Shown: positions 9,829-20,506 of the stretch, piece after piece | Layout: the number at the start of each line of letters is the position of its first letter | Position numbering within the stretch: position 1 is the stretch's first letter | Assembly: GCA_001179505.1 (NCBI GenBank) | Contig: CDMY01000737.1 | Span: 1-26,009 of the forward strand | Origin: Vitrella brassicaformis CCMP3155 | Lineage: Eukaryota > Protista > Chromerida | DNA length: 26,009 bases | Direction of reading: 5' to 3' | Notes under the pieces: model-generated | What the model was told of the DNA's origin: nothing | Seen by the model: the letters and a program-made list of their open reading frames with translations, nothing else | Databases searched by the model: none | Program-made: the position numbers and the translations under genes

Positions 9829-10229
9829 AGTGGGTGAAACAGCCAGACAGCTCTGAGTGACGTTGGAGCTTCCCCCCTTTAGGTTGGGCCACGCTTCCAT
9901 TACGTTTCCACCAAGCCTTCATTCGTTAAGGGAGCTGTCGAGCCGTATTGACCAAGAGAGCGCCTCAGCATGCCATTGGTTCGGACAGTGGGCCAAGCTG
10001 TAGACAGACTTTGGGAGAAGGGATCCCTCGGCATCAGGTCCTCCAGAGTGAAGACGAAGACGACCCTTCTCGGCCTCGTCGAAAGCGGCTATGAGTCATT
10101 GGATATCCCGTCCGATGACAATGCAATGGAGAGAAAGCAAGCAAGCTCCAAGGGGCAGTTTCTACGTCGTCGCATTGTATCGGCTTTCTTGGAGCTTCAA
10201 ATCATGCTAATCGGCTTCGCTGTGTGTAG

Positions 10230-10426
10230 CTTCACTATCAAGCCTACTACGACATCACAGAAGTCAATGGGATCAGCGGCCAATGGCTCACGTATGTGTT
10301 CGTGTCTGCCGTGGGTCTGTTCGTCGCAACAGCATTCTTCTTGCAGTTAGCCCTTCATGTATGCGCGTACACCGCTTTGCTAAGGACGAGGGTGGGGATG
10401 ACGATGAAGATGAGGAAGATGCATAG
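10230..10426 (+). pseudogene. Possible terminal exon(s) of a membrane-protein gene or pseudogene
   Basis: After tgtgtgtag, the frame reads LHYQAYYDITEVNGISGQWLTYVFVSAVGLFVATAFFLQLALH (TM-like). An acidic tail DEGGDDDEDEEDA* follows in another frame, joined only by a 26-nt GT..AG gap or a frameshift. Confidence 0.3.
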
Positions 10427-13400
10427 CCTTACTCATCCTGCTATCTAAGCACTGGATCCGTGTACATGTTCGTGGTGTAAGATATATATCAGTGGATTTG
10501 CAGTGAGGCAGGTAAAGGCCGAAGCCTCATTCATGCGTGGAGTGGGCGGTCTATGGTTGAACAGTAGCCGGCGTCATAGAAAAGATAGTACGGAACAATG
10601 TACGTGTGCGGCTACTTTGCTTGCGTAGCTAGCGGTAAAGCAGCCGTTGCAATAATAGGGAGATGTCTATACTTCGGTATGCATGAAGAAAGACTCCAGG
10701 ACCATCTTGCCTCGGTTCTCATGTATTGAAAGTGAAAGCCTTTCTTATGCTCATATCTCTCACCTTGATCCATCTCGGTGTCGGGTAGGATTGTTTTCGA
10801 GCAGGCATGATTTCTTCTTTGAAAGGGTCGTCACGTGCATCACAGGTGCGTTGACGAGCGTCAATCTGGATTAGACCAGCGAAGATTGATGTCACGCTAA
10901 AGTCAATTCAACTTTTTGCTCACCTTCCGAAGATGCGTGGGAATTTCGTCTTTGGTATTTCTCTGGTGCGGTCCTGCCATGAGCCAAGCAAGACACACAG
11001 ATGTTCGACTGGCCAACAGTTACCACGTTTCTCACTGCGACTCACAAGTATGCAAACTCATCCCCAATCGATGTTAAGCAACACTTGCAATGTCGGTGTT
11101 GTGTCCTCGACCATCATTACGGTCGCCTGTTTGTCATGCAACAAGGTCTCTTCTCGCGCAAACGCAGCAATCACGCTAGCCACCGACCTCAGAGCTCTGA
11201 GTCGTGCGGCACGCACAGAGAGTCTGACCGCTTTCGTGTCTTCGTGTCTCCCTTTGGTGATAGAAGTGCACCCCTTGAGAGGGAGAGCATGTAAGAGATA
11301 GACGCTTGCATGAGGAATGATGTACCTATGTACCTTGTCATCAACGTCCCTTGCAAATGAAAGAAGACACCTTTGGGGAGATTCTTCATCTTGCTGTCAG
11401 GAATCACCTGTCGATCCCTCCGCCTTGAGAAGGAAGCTGGCTGAAGCCTTGAATCAACACCGTGACTTCTTTATTCTTGCACTTACACACGCATAGACGA
11501 AGAGCACACGTGACGACAAGCCATTTTTGTGTACTTCTTTGCGCCTGCTTATACCAGATCGGACATATAGGGCCATTTGAAGAGTTACACTCTCAGTCGG
11601 GTCCGCCGCGTGTTTAGGAGCACAGGCCTATTGAATTTGTGGGCATCTCTCTTTACGTCTGTCGAGAGGCAGATCGATCAACGATAGATGCTTAGGGAAT
11701 CCACACCTCGCTACACACAAGCAGGCACACAAAAGGTAGCCTTCTGGCCTCAGATCGCTTATGTCTTACTTGATCACCACGACAGCATGGTCCTTCCTTG
11801 GTGCGCCCAGCGCTCTAGCATACAGGTGCTACCAAATACGCCGACGCATGGGCAGCGAGTAAAGAGACACCTTTAGCAAGAGAGAGAGAGACTTGCAGAG
11901 CCAAGCATCCAACCGTGAGGAATTCGCTTAGAGCTTATTCGTTCATCTCCAAAAGCCTGACTATTTCGAGAGAGCACAATATGTCCACCTAAAGCACTAC
12001 CTGCAGAGAGAGAGAAACATGCATACAGTCACGTATCATCTTGTTTACCTCTCCTACGAGTTTTCTGTTCTGTGTGTTATAGAGCTGAACCTTTGCTGCC
12101 CATGCCATTCTGCTCCGTCTGACGTAGACATAGGACTCATCAATTGATTCGTCTCACGCACCAGCTTTGCGCACCGGGCACCTCAGCCAGATCCACCCAG
12201 GAGATGAGCAAAGACAGGCAATACCTTCGGTGCTTGTATACTCTGTCCCTAAAACTCTTCTAGGTCTTGAGCCATGCTTTTCACGCAACATGGCCGTCCT
12301 CTTCAGTATCGAGCCGGTTTCTGTCCCAGCATGGCCATTTGAGCTTCAAACTGCTGCAAGTCAATACACAAAACACCAGGTCCATCGGTGCTGTCCGTCT
12401 GTCATGCAACCTGTCTTCTCTTTAGTCGTGTAGAAAAATGCCTCAGCTTTCAGTCGTGAGGACGGAGAGACATAGGAATGGCCTTATTCTGTAGCATGAA
12501 GAGCTCCAGATTCCATTCCTGGCGAGTAACATCATCGAAATGCGAGACACACCAGTTCTGCCGACGGCCAAGAATGATAGTGCGATTATCACACTCCGGT
12601 TACTGATCAGCAGGCGAAACTCGTGTGTGGCAATCGAGGGTCAGGTTGACAACTCCGGTCATCTCCTAATGCTTTCACGCACCTAAAGCTGCGACAAATT
12701 GATGCTTAATGTGATGATCGAATGGCTTTCACACTCACCTTATACACAGTGACATTGACGTAGTTTTCGGCTGGACGTCATCTGACGTGCGAGCCTTCTG
12801 GGCGCGAAGAGACAAGACCCGACTGGTTGTCGAGGGACTTCGTCACTTGATACACGACAGGGACATAAGCCATAGTGCTTCTTCTGTTAAAATCACCAGC
12901 TGGACGGATCGCTGGGTCTCTCGGGAGGCAGCGCTTTCTGACACAAGAAAAGGAACCATGCATGCTCCCAATGAGTGTGTCTCTCAGCCTGCATGCCTTG
13001 TGACTTTGTTTTCCAGCTTGGTTGTGGCCCTCCCAAGGAGATCGTCAGCGGATGGAATGTCTTTACTGGGGTACACGATTAATAACCCAAGGACCGGTGT
13101 TGGAGACGCAGATATAGGCAAGCGACAAAGACTGCAAGGAATTTGAGGGGTCTCCAGGCCTGCACGGGCTGTCTCAGCCATCGAGCTGATTCTCTCTTCA
13201 GAAAGCGAGAGATCTTGTCAAAGTAAGCCACACGGCCTCTTAGTAGAGTTGGATAGCCTCCTTGGCAAGCTGAAGGCTGCTGTCAAGGCGTGTCTCCTCC
13301 TCTGCTGACCAATGATCAGCACGGTAATTGTCACCGATTCTAGAAAGCGATATTACAATGACGTGTGCGGCTGTCTCAGAAGAGGTGAGACATCGTTCAA

Positions 13401-16400
13401 GTCGAAGAGGCCGGTCTTGTCGCCGAGAGAGAGGATCTTCTCGGTTTGCCGGCCGAGAGCGACTTCGCAAACATCAGGCTCAGAAGTGCTTAAGGCGCCG
13501 AAGAGTGGGGTCCACAGGGGTATCGCCAACGATGGCAGGGGTTTGTCAGAGATGCCTTGCCAGCATAGGCAGGGGTCATTAATGATACAGGAGAGAAGTT
13601 ACCCTCTGTGCACCCTTTTTTGCACGCATTCGAGGTACCTGCACGTACTAGCTAAGTAGTAAAGATGGAACGAGAAAGGAGAGGGACAGAATAATGGACG
13701 AACTCATAAGCGAGACACTTTTTTAGACGGCAGGCTTGCGGGCTCGTTAAACGACATAACGAACGAACGAAGGGGAGGTGTCCACTCAAGCGGGCCTACA
13801 GCGAGCGAACGAGGAAAAAACGAAACCCGTCCGACATACATACACACACAGAAAATCAGGCCATTGTGTCCGAGTGCATGTACCTGCATGCATGCATTCA
13901 GCAAATTCACGGAAGACTTCTCCCCTTCTTTCCGTCGCCCTTCGTTCAACATGTCCCCGTGTGTTGTCAAGACCGTGCGCTGAGTGACAAGTGACGGACC
14001 AATTGACAGCGTCCAAAGGCCAGGTCCGCTCCAACGTCTCATTCCTGTCCGCTGAGGGCCCGCGTGAGGCCATTTGTGTACGACGGGGCCTGGGCAAAGT
14101 CACGGCCCCATCGTTTCAGATCGTGATCTCCAAAGTCGCATTGATCGCGCTACAGCCCCACGCAGTTTTTTCCGTGCCTCTTGTCGTTCTCGTCTTCTCT
14201 CTGGTCAGGGTTCGGCACAAGTCAACTCAAGTGTGCGACTCGAGAGTGATTGAACGAATGTCAGGCGTGAAGGTCCGTCACGTAGTGCCGGTTTCCAGAC
14301 GACCGGCAAAAGCAAAGAACACGCCTGAGGACATTGCAGACTGCGCACCGAAAAGTATTTGCAGACTGCGGGCTTCCAGGCGCCAACACGACGAGGTAGA
14401 TGAGTGCGAAAGCGAAAAAGCAACCTGACATGACCGACACACAACACGCCAACACCGACAGCACGGAAACGCACGTGAGGACATGTTACTATGCCCACTC
14501 CCGTGTCCACCGTGTGCATGCGTACCAGAGAGTTACAGCGGCCGCGATGTACTGGTCTGCCCCGACCCCTACCCCCGGGCAAAGCACATGAATAAGGTCA
14601 TTGTCGATGGTGTGTCGCTGTGCGCTAGCAAGAGCCAAGTCAGCCAGATTCAGCTAGCAACATCAACAATGTGCCTACCTTTCCATGACCATCGCCTAGA
14701 CAGACACACAGAGACATGGGAAGAGGGTGGGGGTTCAATGATGGGAAGGATGCATGGATAAGGCAAGAGACGTGGGTGCCATAGTGGGGCATCACCCGCT
14801 TCGTAGCTAGGGCGGACTTCAATAGAGCAGTAAGTAGTGCAATTGTGTCCTCGCCGGCAAGGTGCATGTCTGAGTAGTCGCTCCACTCGTCCCGATTTAT
14901 GGATCACTTTGGGCCCGTGTCATGTGTGCGGTGTGTGAGTGAGTTTGACTAAGGGCGGTCTGTCGATCGCCGAGCTAGTCAGCCAGACAGGCACAGTGCA
15001 TGCCTCTGCTTACGCACTGGTGGGTTGTTGGGTTGTTTAAACGTCGCTTTGCACGAGAGGGAACAGCCGGACAATGCTCTGTGTGCCATTTCTTCCTATA
15101 TCTGCCAGCCGCCTTTCGCTGACCACACTCTCAGAAGTTGGTTCTCCATATGCTTTCACAAACGGCACGACGATGAGTACATCCAAAACGTTCCGTCAGC
15201 GGTCGACACTTGCACACAGTTCTCGACTTCTCCAGGATCCGGATTATTATCATCATAATCGCTACGTTGAGGGAGCTGACTGGCATCCGCAACCTGACTG
15301 AATGCAGAAAGAAAAAGAACGAACTTGATCCTTTATCTCATTCATTCGGCTCACCCGTCAATTGCGGCGATGATGTAGGCCGAAGGACCCGGGATGCTGT
15401 TTGTTGCTACGAGAATCGCCTCAAAACCTGTGTTCCTCGCGAAGACCTTCAGCATAGTAAGACAGATCAACCTGTAAATCGGAACAAGAAACAGACACTT
15501 ATGCCATCACCATATCGGCAGCTATGAAGTGAGTTCTTCCGCTCTCAATCAGGTTGGGTGCCGAGACGGGAGAATTCCCAAAAAGATGGCAAATTGAAAA
15601 GTGCCTAGAATCAGCGGCGCTAGAAAACCTCTTCCTCCTTTCAAGCGGCAGGAGAATACAAGAACAAGAGCACAGCGCAGCTGCAGGATAGCTGACGATC
15701 ATGTCGTATACTCTTGCTTTTTGACTTCGCTGCCCTTTGGATATATACATGCAGATACACACGCAGTGTCTCACGAGGCTCCATTTTAGCATTTTCTTCT
15801 AGGCTCTGTAAAGCTCCGTTGAGCCTGGAAGACGGCGATTTTGGGAGAATTCTTGTCATGGTAGCATAGGATTAGAGTCCAATTGGATTCATGTGAGATA
15901 CATAGCCGAGGAAGCGCACTTGGCTTCGGGGCTCGTTTTCGCACTGTGCAGGAGAACATCACTCAGCAGCCAACTTCGAGGCAGCTCTACATGTAATTAG
16001 GCTTTTTCGTTTCCCAACTAGCCAGCAGACGCAGAGAGAATCCGCATTCAGACCGCTGAGAAGTGGTTTCATGAAGGCATATAGTGTAGTTAACAGCTAG
16101 GGTGCACATTGAAGATCTGAACGCAGTTATCGGGGTAACGGATAATTTGGCTCAAGAGGTCCCGTGGATCCGTTTGCTGCAAAGCCCGCTCAAAAACTAT
16201 CGACAGAACTGTGCAACGCTTTACTGACATGAAACATCGAAAGAGAAGGTCCCCAACAGACAAGGAATAACGAGAGTGGTCGGTCGTCTGTCTGCACAGC
16301 TTCTCACCAAAGACACTGTCTCTAACCACATCGCTGGGGCACAAACACAAAACACCGAGCCGAACTGATGACTTTAAGAAGTAGAGGGTCTGTCAGTTGA

Positions 16401-16609
16401 GGGAGGCGAGCCTTCACAGCATGTGCCTCGGGTTGCACATAGAAAGGAAGGTGCACTCACTCTCTTTAAGGTACTGACCAGGCAGACCAATCACACAAAA
16501 GAAGAGGCAAGACAGAGCACATTAAGAGTCCCCACTCCCCAGGCAAGGCAGACGCCAGAACTAGAAGGGTGCGAGAAAAAAGAGCCCCCTCAGTAGAGAA
16601 CTGTTCTGC

Positions 16610-17030
16610 ATACCTGCCCATATAGGGACAGAGGGGTGGCAGGCAAGCCAGAGGATGGGGGACTGAGGGAAAGGGCACCAGAGAAAGGCCACATTGTCAT
16701 GTATCCATGCATCCATCCAATGCGAACACCCTACGGTCCCACCGCTGAGAACACTGTATTTATAGACACCGACCACACAGAGGCAGAGAAGGGGTAGAAG
16801 GTAGGCTAGAGGAGGAGGGAATGAAGGAAAGGCCATCACAGAGAGGGAGGCTGCAGCAATCAATCACCGGCTGAGTCCACACTGCTCTGAGTCCACACTG
16901 CTCTGTCTCCGTACAATGCGAGCCTTCTAGGCTTCAACAGCAGAAAAAAATACACATACCGACCATGCAGGTGCAGAGAAGGGGTAGAAGGCAAGCCAGA
17001 GTAGGATGGAACGGAGAAAGGCCACTACGA
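16610..17030 (+). repeat. Three degenerate purine-rich repeats (accgacc..cagagaaggggtagaaggcaagccagag...gaaaggcca)
   Basis: Similar blocks near 16610-16690, 16766-16836 and 16957-17024. Confidence 0.65.
16871..16905 (+). repeat. 16-bp tandem duplication (ctgagtccacactgct x2)
   Basis: Direct inspection. Confidence 0.9.
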
Positions 17031-17037
17031 GACAAGG

Positions 17038-17471
17038 TGGCAGAAAAGAGCAAGGTCAGTGCGTTCGACCATTGAGTTCCTGAATACTGCAGGCTGCGGT
17101 GTTCATACTTACTCACGCGCTCAAGCTATCAAAAAGGACCCCCACATACACTTTATAAAGGGAAAAAGAGTGAGACAGCCACGTACAGAAAATCACCACC
17201 CGGCCAAGAAGGTCAGGTGGGTCAAAGAGGACGCGTTCACTTACACCTGTGTCATGGCAGAAAAGAGCAAGGTCAGTGCGTTCGACCAATGGGTTCCTGA
17301 ATACTGCAGGCTGCGGTGTTCATACTTACTCACGCGCTTAAGCTATCAAAAAGGACCCCCACATACACTTTATAAAGGGAAAGAGAGTGAGACAGCCACG
17401 TACAGAAAATCACCACCCGGCCAAGAAGGTCAGGTGGGTCAAAGAGGATGCGTTCACTTACACCTGTGTCA
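17038..17471 (+). repeat. 217-bp tandem duplication (17038-17254 / 17255-17471), about five substitutions
   Basis: tggcagaaaagagcaaggtcagtgcgttcgacc...ttcacttacacctgtgtca occurs twice. Confidence 0.97.
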
Positions 17472-17620
17472 GGTCACATGAAACTTCATGCCTCAACATC
17501 ATCCTCACACTCCCTTCCATTCTCTCAGTGCCCTCCTCAGTTCGTCTGAAGCTCCCATCTCCCCCTCTTTAGCCGCCGGTCTCGCTTCGATAGATTCCCT
17601 TCGCTTCAACAGGCTCTGCA

Positions 17621-19195
17621 TCATGCCGATGCTGTTTGCAATAAAAAATGGGCTGCCTCTCTGATCTCCTCGGCGGATATCTTGGCTTGCTCCGCCGTCT
17701 GCTTTACTACATCGGGCAACTTGTTCAGAGCTGCAGTGTTAGAAATCGTATGCTTAACCTGCACATACACACATCGACACTCCATTAGCACTCCTTCAGA
17801 TCGGCTCCTTCCTCACGTATGCGAGTGTGAGCATATGAGTGCATGCCAAGAAAGGTTGGTATGTGTTTGCGGGCTTTACCGCGGCGATTGCGTCGCAGAA
17901 ACCGAGGCCGGCGGCCCCTTGCGCAGCGTCCTTGGCTTTGCCCGGGAACTCTTTTGCGGCGTCGATCAAGACCCGAACCTCCTCTGCCAACCTGCATACA
18001 TTGATATAAGACAGCATTCGCCTGGAAAGCGTCCTTTGACCTGTTGCATTTACGTGCCATAGGCAGGTGTGTGATCGATTGTTTACGGGTCTTACGCGGG
18101 GATTTCTCTGATGGCGGTAGCGGACGCGTTAAGAGAAGGTCTCGAGGGCATCAATCGCGCTGATGATGCCACGATCGGCGTTGGTCGCATTGATTTTCAG
18201 CGCGCTTGAGGTCCACATCGAGTTTCACATTCTTGCGAATAGCCTCATCTAAACAAAGAGACAGCATCCTTCTGTTCTAGTAAAACAGGCAACGAGAAGA
18301 AACAATGCCTGTTCTCAGTGGGTGAGTCGTGCGTCTGTGAATGGGGTGGATTTCGGGTTTACCCTTCAGGTTCTTGATGGCGTCCTTAATAGTTTTGCAC
18401 CTCCTGCCCCCAAACTCGCAAGCCACCTTCAGTGCCTCTGAACCTTCATCCATCTTATTACGGAGGTTGACGCACGTATTCTGAGGGTCAGCCGCCTTGT
18501 CGAACAAATCGTCAAACTCTGCGCAGCCAAACAGGAAAACCAGCTGGGACACAGTTGGTCGACCACAACAAAGTGAAGGACAGTGCGCGGGCTAATACAA
18601 GGTGAGGGCTACCCGTTCATATATATGGACACTGGATAGGTACGCGTGTGGGTGGGTCTTTGAAAACGTTTTACGCACGTACCGGGAATTTGGGTTTTCT
18701 TCATTGGAAAGAAATCCACGTTGTCGGGGAAGAGCTTGCTCACCATCGCCGTTTCGTTCTCGCCCCAACGCTCACTGGCAGCCAACCCCTAGAAATCGAA
18801 CATACACATGACACAGAAGTTATAGAGAGCGTCACTCTATTAGAAAGCGCCACATACAGTGCTACATCCAGCAGGTGAGAATGTGGTGCAATCGTAAGGT
18901 ATAATCCATGCATATTTCTTCTTTTTCAGTATCTTCCACTATCAGTTACCATGGCCCATTGGCGCAGCTCCATCCGCTCCCTCTTCGCGGTCCACTCGGC
19001 ATCCTCCGTTTTGTACTTCTTGGTGAGCGCTTCGACTTCTTTCAAGGCCTTGTCCTTGTCCACGTTGCCGTTCTGGTCCTGAGCACGCTTGTTGCACAGG
19101 AGTCCGAGCGCCTCTTGGAAATTGGTAGCCTTCAGATGCTGGCTCTCGCTCGGACCCCAACACGTTGGAGGAATCTTGCTGAAGCAGACACCCAT
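17621..19195 (-). pseudogene. Six-exon gene (~300 aa, alpha-helical, N-terminal MGVCFSK), frameshifted in exon 4. Exons: 19195-18950, 18788-18683, 18518-18363, 18248-18096, 17991-17880, 17758-17621
   Basis: All five introns are GT-AG with compatible phases. The spliced product reads MGVCFSK...RQWAM|GLAASERW...FPMKKTQIP|EFDDLFDKAADPQNT...KNLK|DEAIRKNVKLDVDLK..[fs]..LNASATAIREIP|ALAEEVRVLIDAAKEFPGKAKDAA...DAIAA|VKHTISNTAALNKLPDVVK...QTASA*. Exon sum is 911 nt (not divisible by 3). Confidence 0.8.
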
Positions 19196-19513
19196 GAAAA
19201 TGAAGAAGGGAAGAGAAAGGCACCCACGGAGCGATGCAAAACGCACTCGCAGCGACCACAGAACCCACCCAAGGGGCTCCTATCGTCACTTTGCGTCACA
19301 GAGCATACTGAAAAGTCTTTCATGTCCCACAGGTACTGGGACACCGATCGAGGAAGCGATGAGGACAGCGTTTGTGAGGAATCGTCTGACAGTGCAGAGA
19401 ACCGCTGGCAGTGCCTGCGAATGCAGATCAAATGTACGAGGGACGAATTTGTCTCAGCCAGCCAGCAAGCCGAATGAAAGGAATGCGAGCTGGGTGCGGT
19501 GCGAGCTAGAGAT

Positions 19514-19679
19514 AGTTGGAGTATCAGCAGTAGCTCGGGGTAGCGAGTAGGAATGTGACGAAGCCGGAAGAAGCATTCAGTGACGACGGAGGTCTCATGG
19601 ACACGCAAGCTTGGGTCCACAACCATCGCAAGTCATGTCTCGTAGATCTCGCCCGTATAACTCGGTCTCCGCTCTAACT
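19514..19679 (-). repeat. 3' LTR (166 bp)
   Basis: Identical to 22541-22706, with termini AGTT..AACT. Confidence 0.95.
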
Positions 19680-19688
19680 CCCCCTCTC
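19680..19688 (-). other. Polypurine tract (GAGAGGGGG) immediately upstream of the 3' LTR
   Basis: Plus strand ccccctctc directly abuts the LTR. Confidence 0.8.
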
Positions 19689-19729
19689 GCTCGTCAGCTT
19701 TTGCTTGTCGTTGCTGCCGAGCGCTCATC

Positions 19730-20506
19730 ATGAGGTGTTGGCGGTCAGCGAGATCATCGAAAAAGAAACAGACGAGGTGCTTTTTCGGCTGTTTGTCAGC
19801 TCACAGCAGCTCGTCAAGCCATGCGGATGACGCTTGGAGAGATGGGAGGCATCTTGTGCTCTTACTACCACCTCCGCATCACCACGCGGCTTGGCACGGC
19901 ACTCACATGCACATCATGAACATGTAAGTGTGCCTTTTGTTGTTCTGACTGGCTGTCTGCCTTATCTGTCTGCCTTTCCTGCCTGTCTGTCCTTTTCTAG
20001 GTCCAGACTCGGCTGCAGCAGAAGATACACACACACGTAAGCATGTGTCAATGTGAATTGTGTTTGTTTCTTTTGTTGGCCTCAGGGCTTGTGACGAAGC
20101 GCCACGCAAACATCCTGAAGACCATGGTGCTGATGTGTCTGCAGCCTGAGCTGACCATTCTTGGGTCGCTCTGCTGTCACAGACATCAGCTACTTACCTG
20201 ACGGTCGATAGCGCCTTTATTTCTATTGCTTACCTTTTCTCGGTGCCTTTTGTGTTTGCCTTTTTCGCTCTTTTTCTTGTCTATACGTATGCGGTCACTG
20301 ATGGTGGGTTTGCTTGCCTGTGTTGGCTTGTCTGTCTCCCCCTCTTGACCGTATAGGTGAGCGAGGCATTAGAAGCACATGACGTGGCAAACATGCATGC
20401 CAGCTTGCTGAGTCAGATAGAACAGCCCTACATGAGAACTGCTCTGTGTCAGTTTCTCGAATCACAAGAGAGACTGCAGGCCATGCGGATATTCACGGCC
20501 ACGTGA
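19730..20506 (+). other. Antisense, intron-containing passenger region inside the LTR element
   Basis: Intron-like 19924-20000 (gtaagt...ccttttctag) and 20037-20085 (gtaagc...ggcctcag), plus an acceptor at 20356 followed by 49 open codons (VSEALEAHDVANMHASLLSQIEQPYMRTALCQFLESQERLQAMRIFTAT*). Confidence 0.45.

Larger units (their letters stand above)
7257..9845 (-). mobile_element. Third CRE-like copy, degenerate (several frameshifts, internal deletions), with GT-rich 3' UTR
   Basis: ORF pieces 9473-9688, 9092-9415, 8580-9278 (QQGDAAGP, FMDD), 8287-8532, 7696-8136 (RLE) and 7257-7760 are collinear with the 4391 ORF. The shared 3' motif is at 7269-7295. Homology to host 7166-7200 is visible at 9806-9845. 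Confidence 0.87.

Noticed and set aside
4079-9845. Spliced-leader RNA gene as the CRE target
   Set aside because: No recognisable SL exon or Sm-site repeat flanks the elements. The only demonstrable target is the family's own RT sequence.
14520-14600. DQYIAAAVTLW as a Bax-inhibitor/TMBIM motif
   Set aside because: The resemblance is short, and the flanking frames do not give the expected multi-TM pattern.
18096-18248. Programmed +1 frameshifting (Euplotes-type AAA-TAR) in exon 4
   Set aside because: The shift sites (AAG CGC and TTC TCT TAA) do not match that motif. Mutation or assembly error is simpler.
18908-19626. Overlapping 150-190-aa ORFs on both strands
   Set aside because: They are shadows of exon 1 of the six-exon gene plus LTR sequence, with no recognisable motifs.
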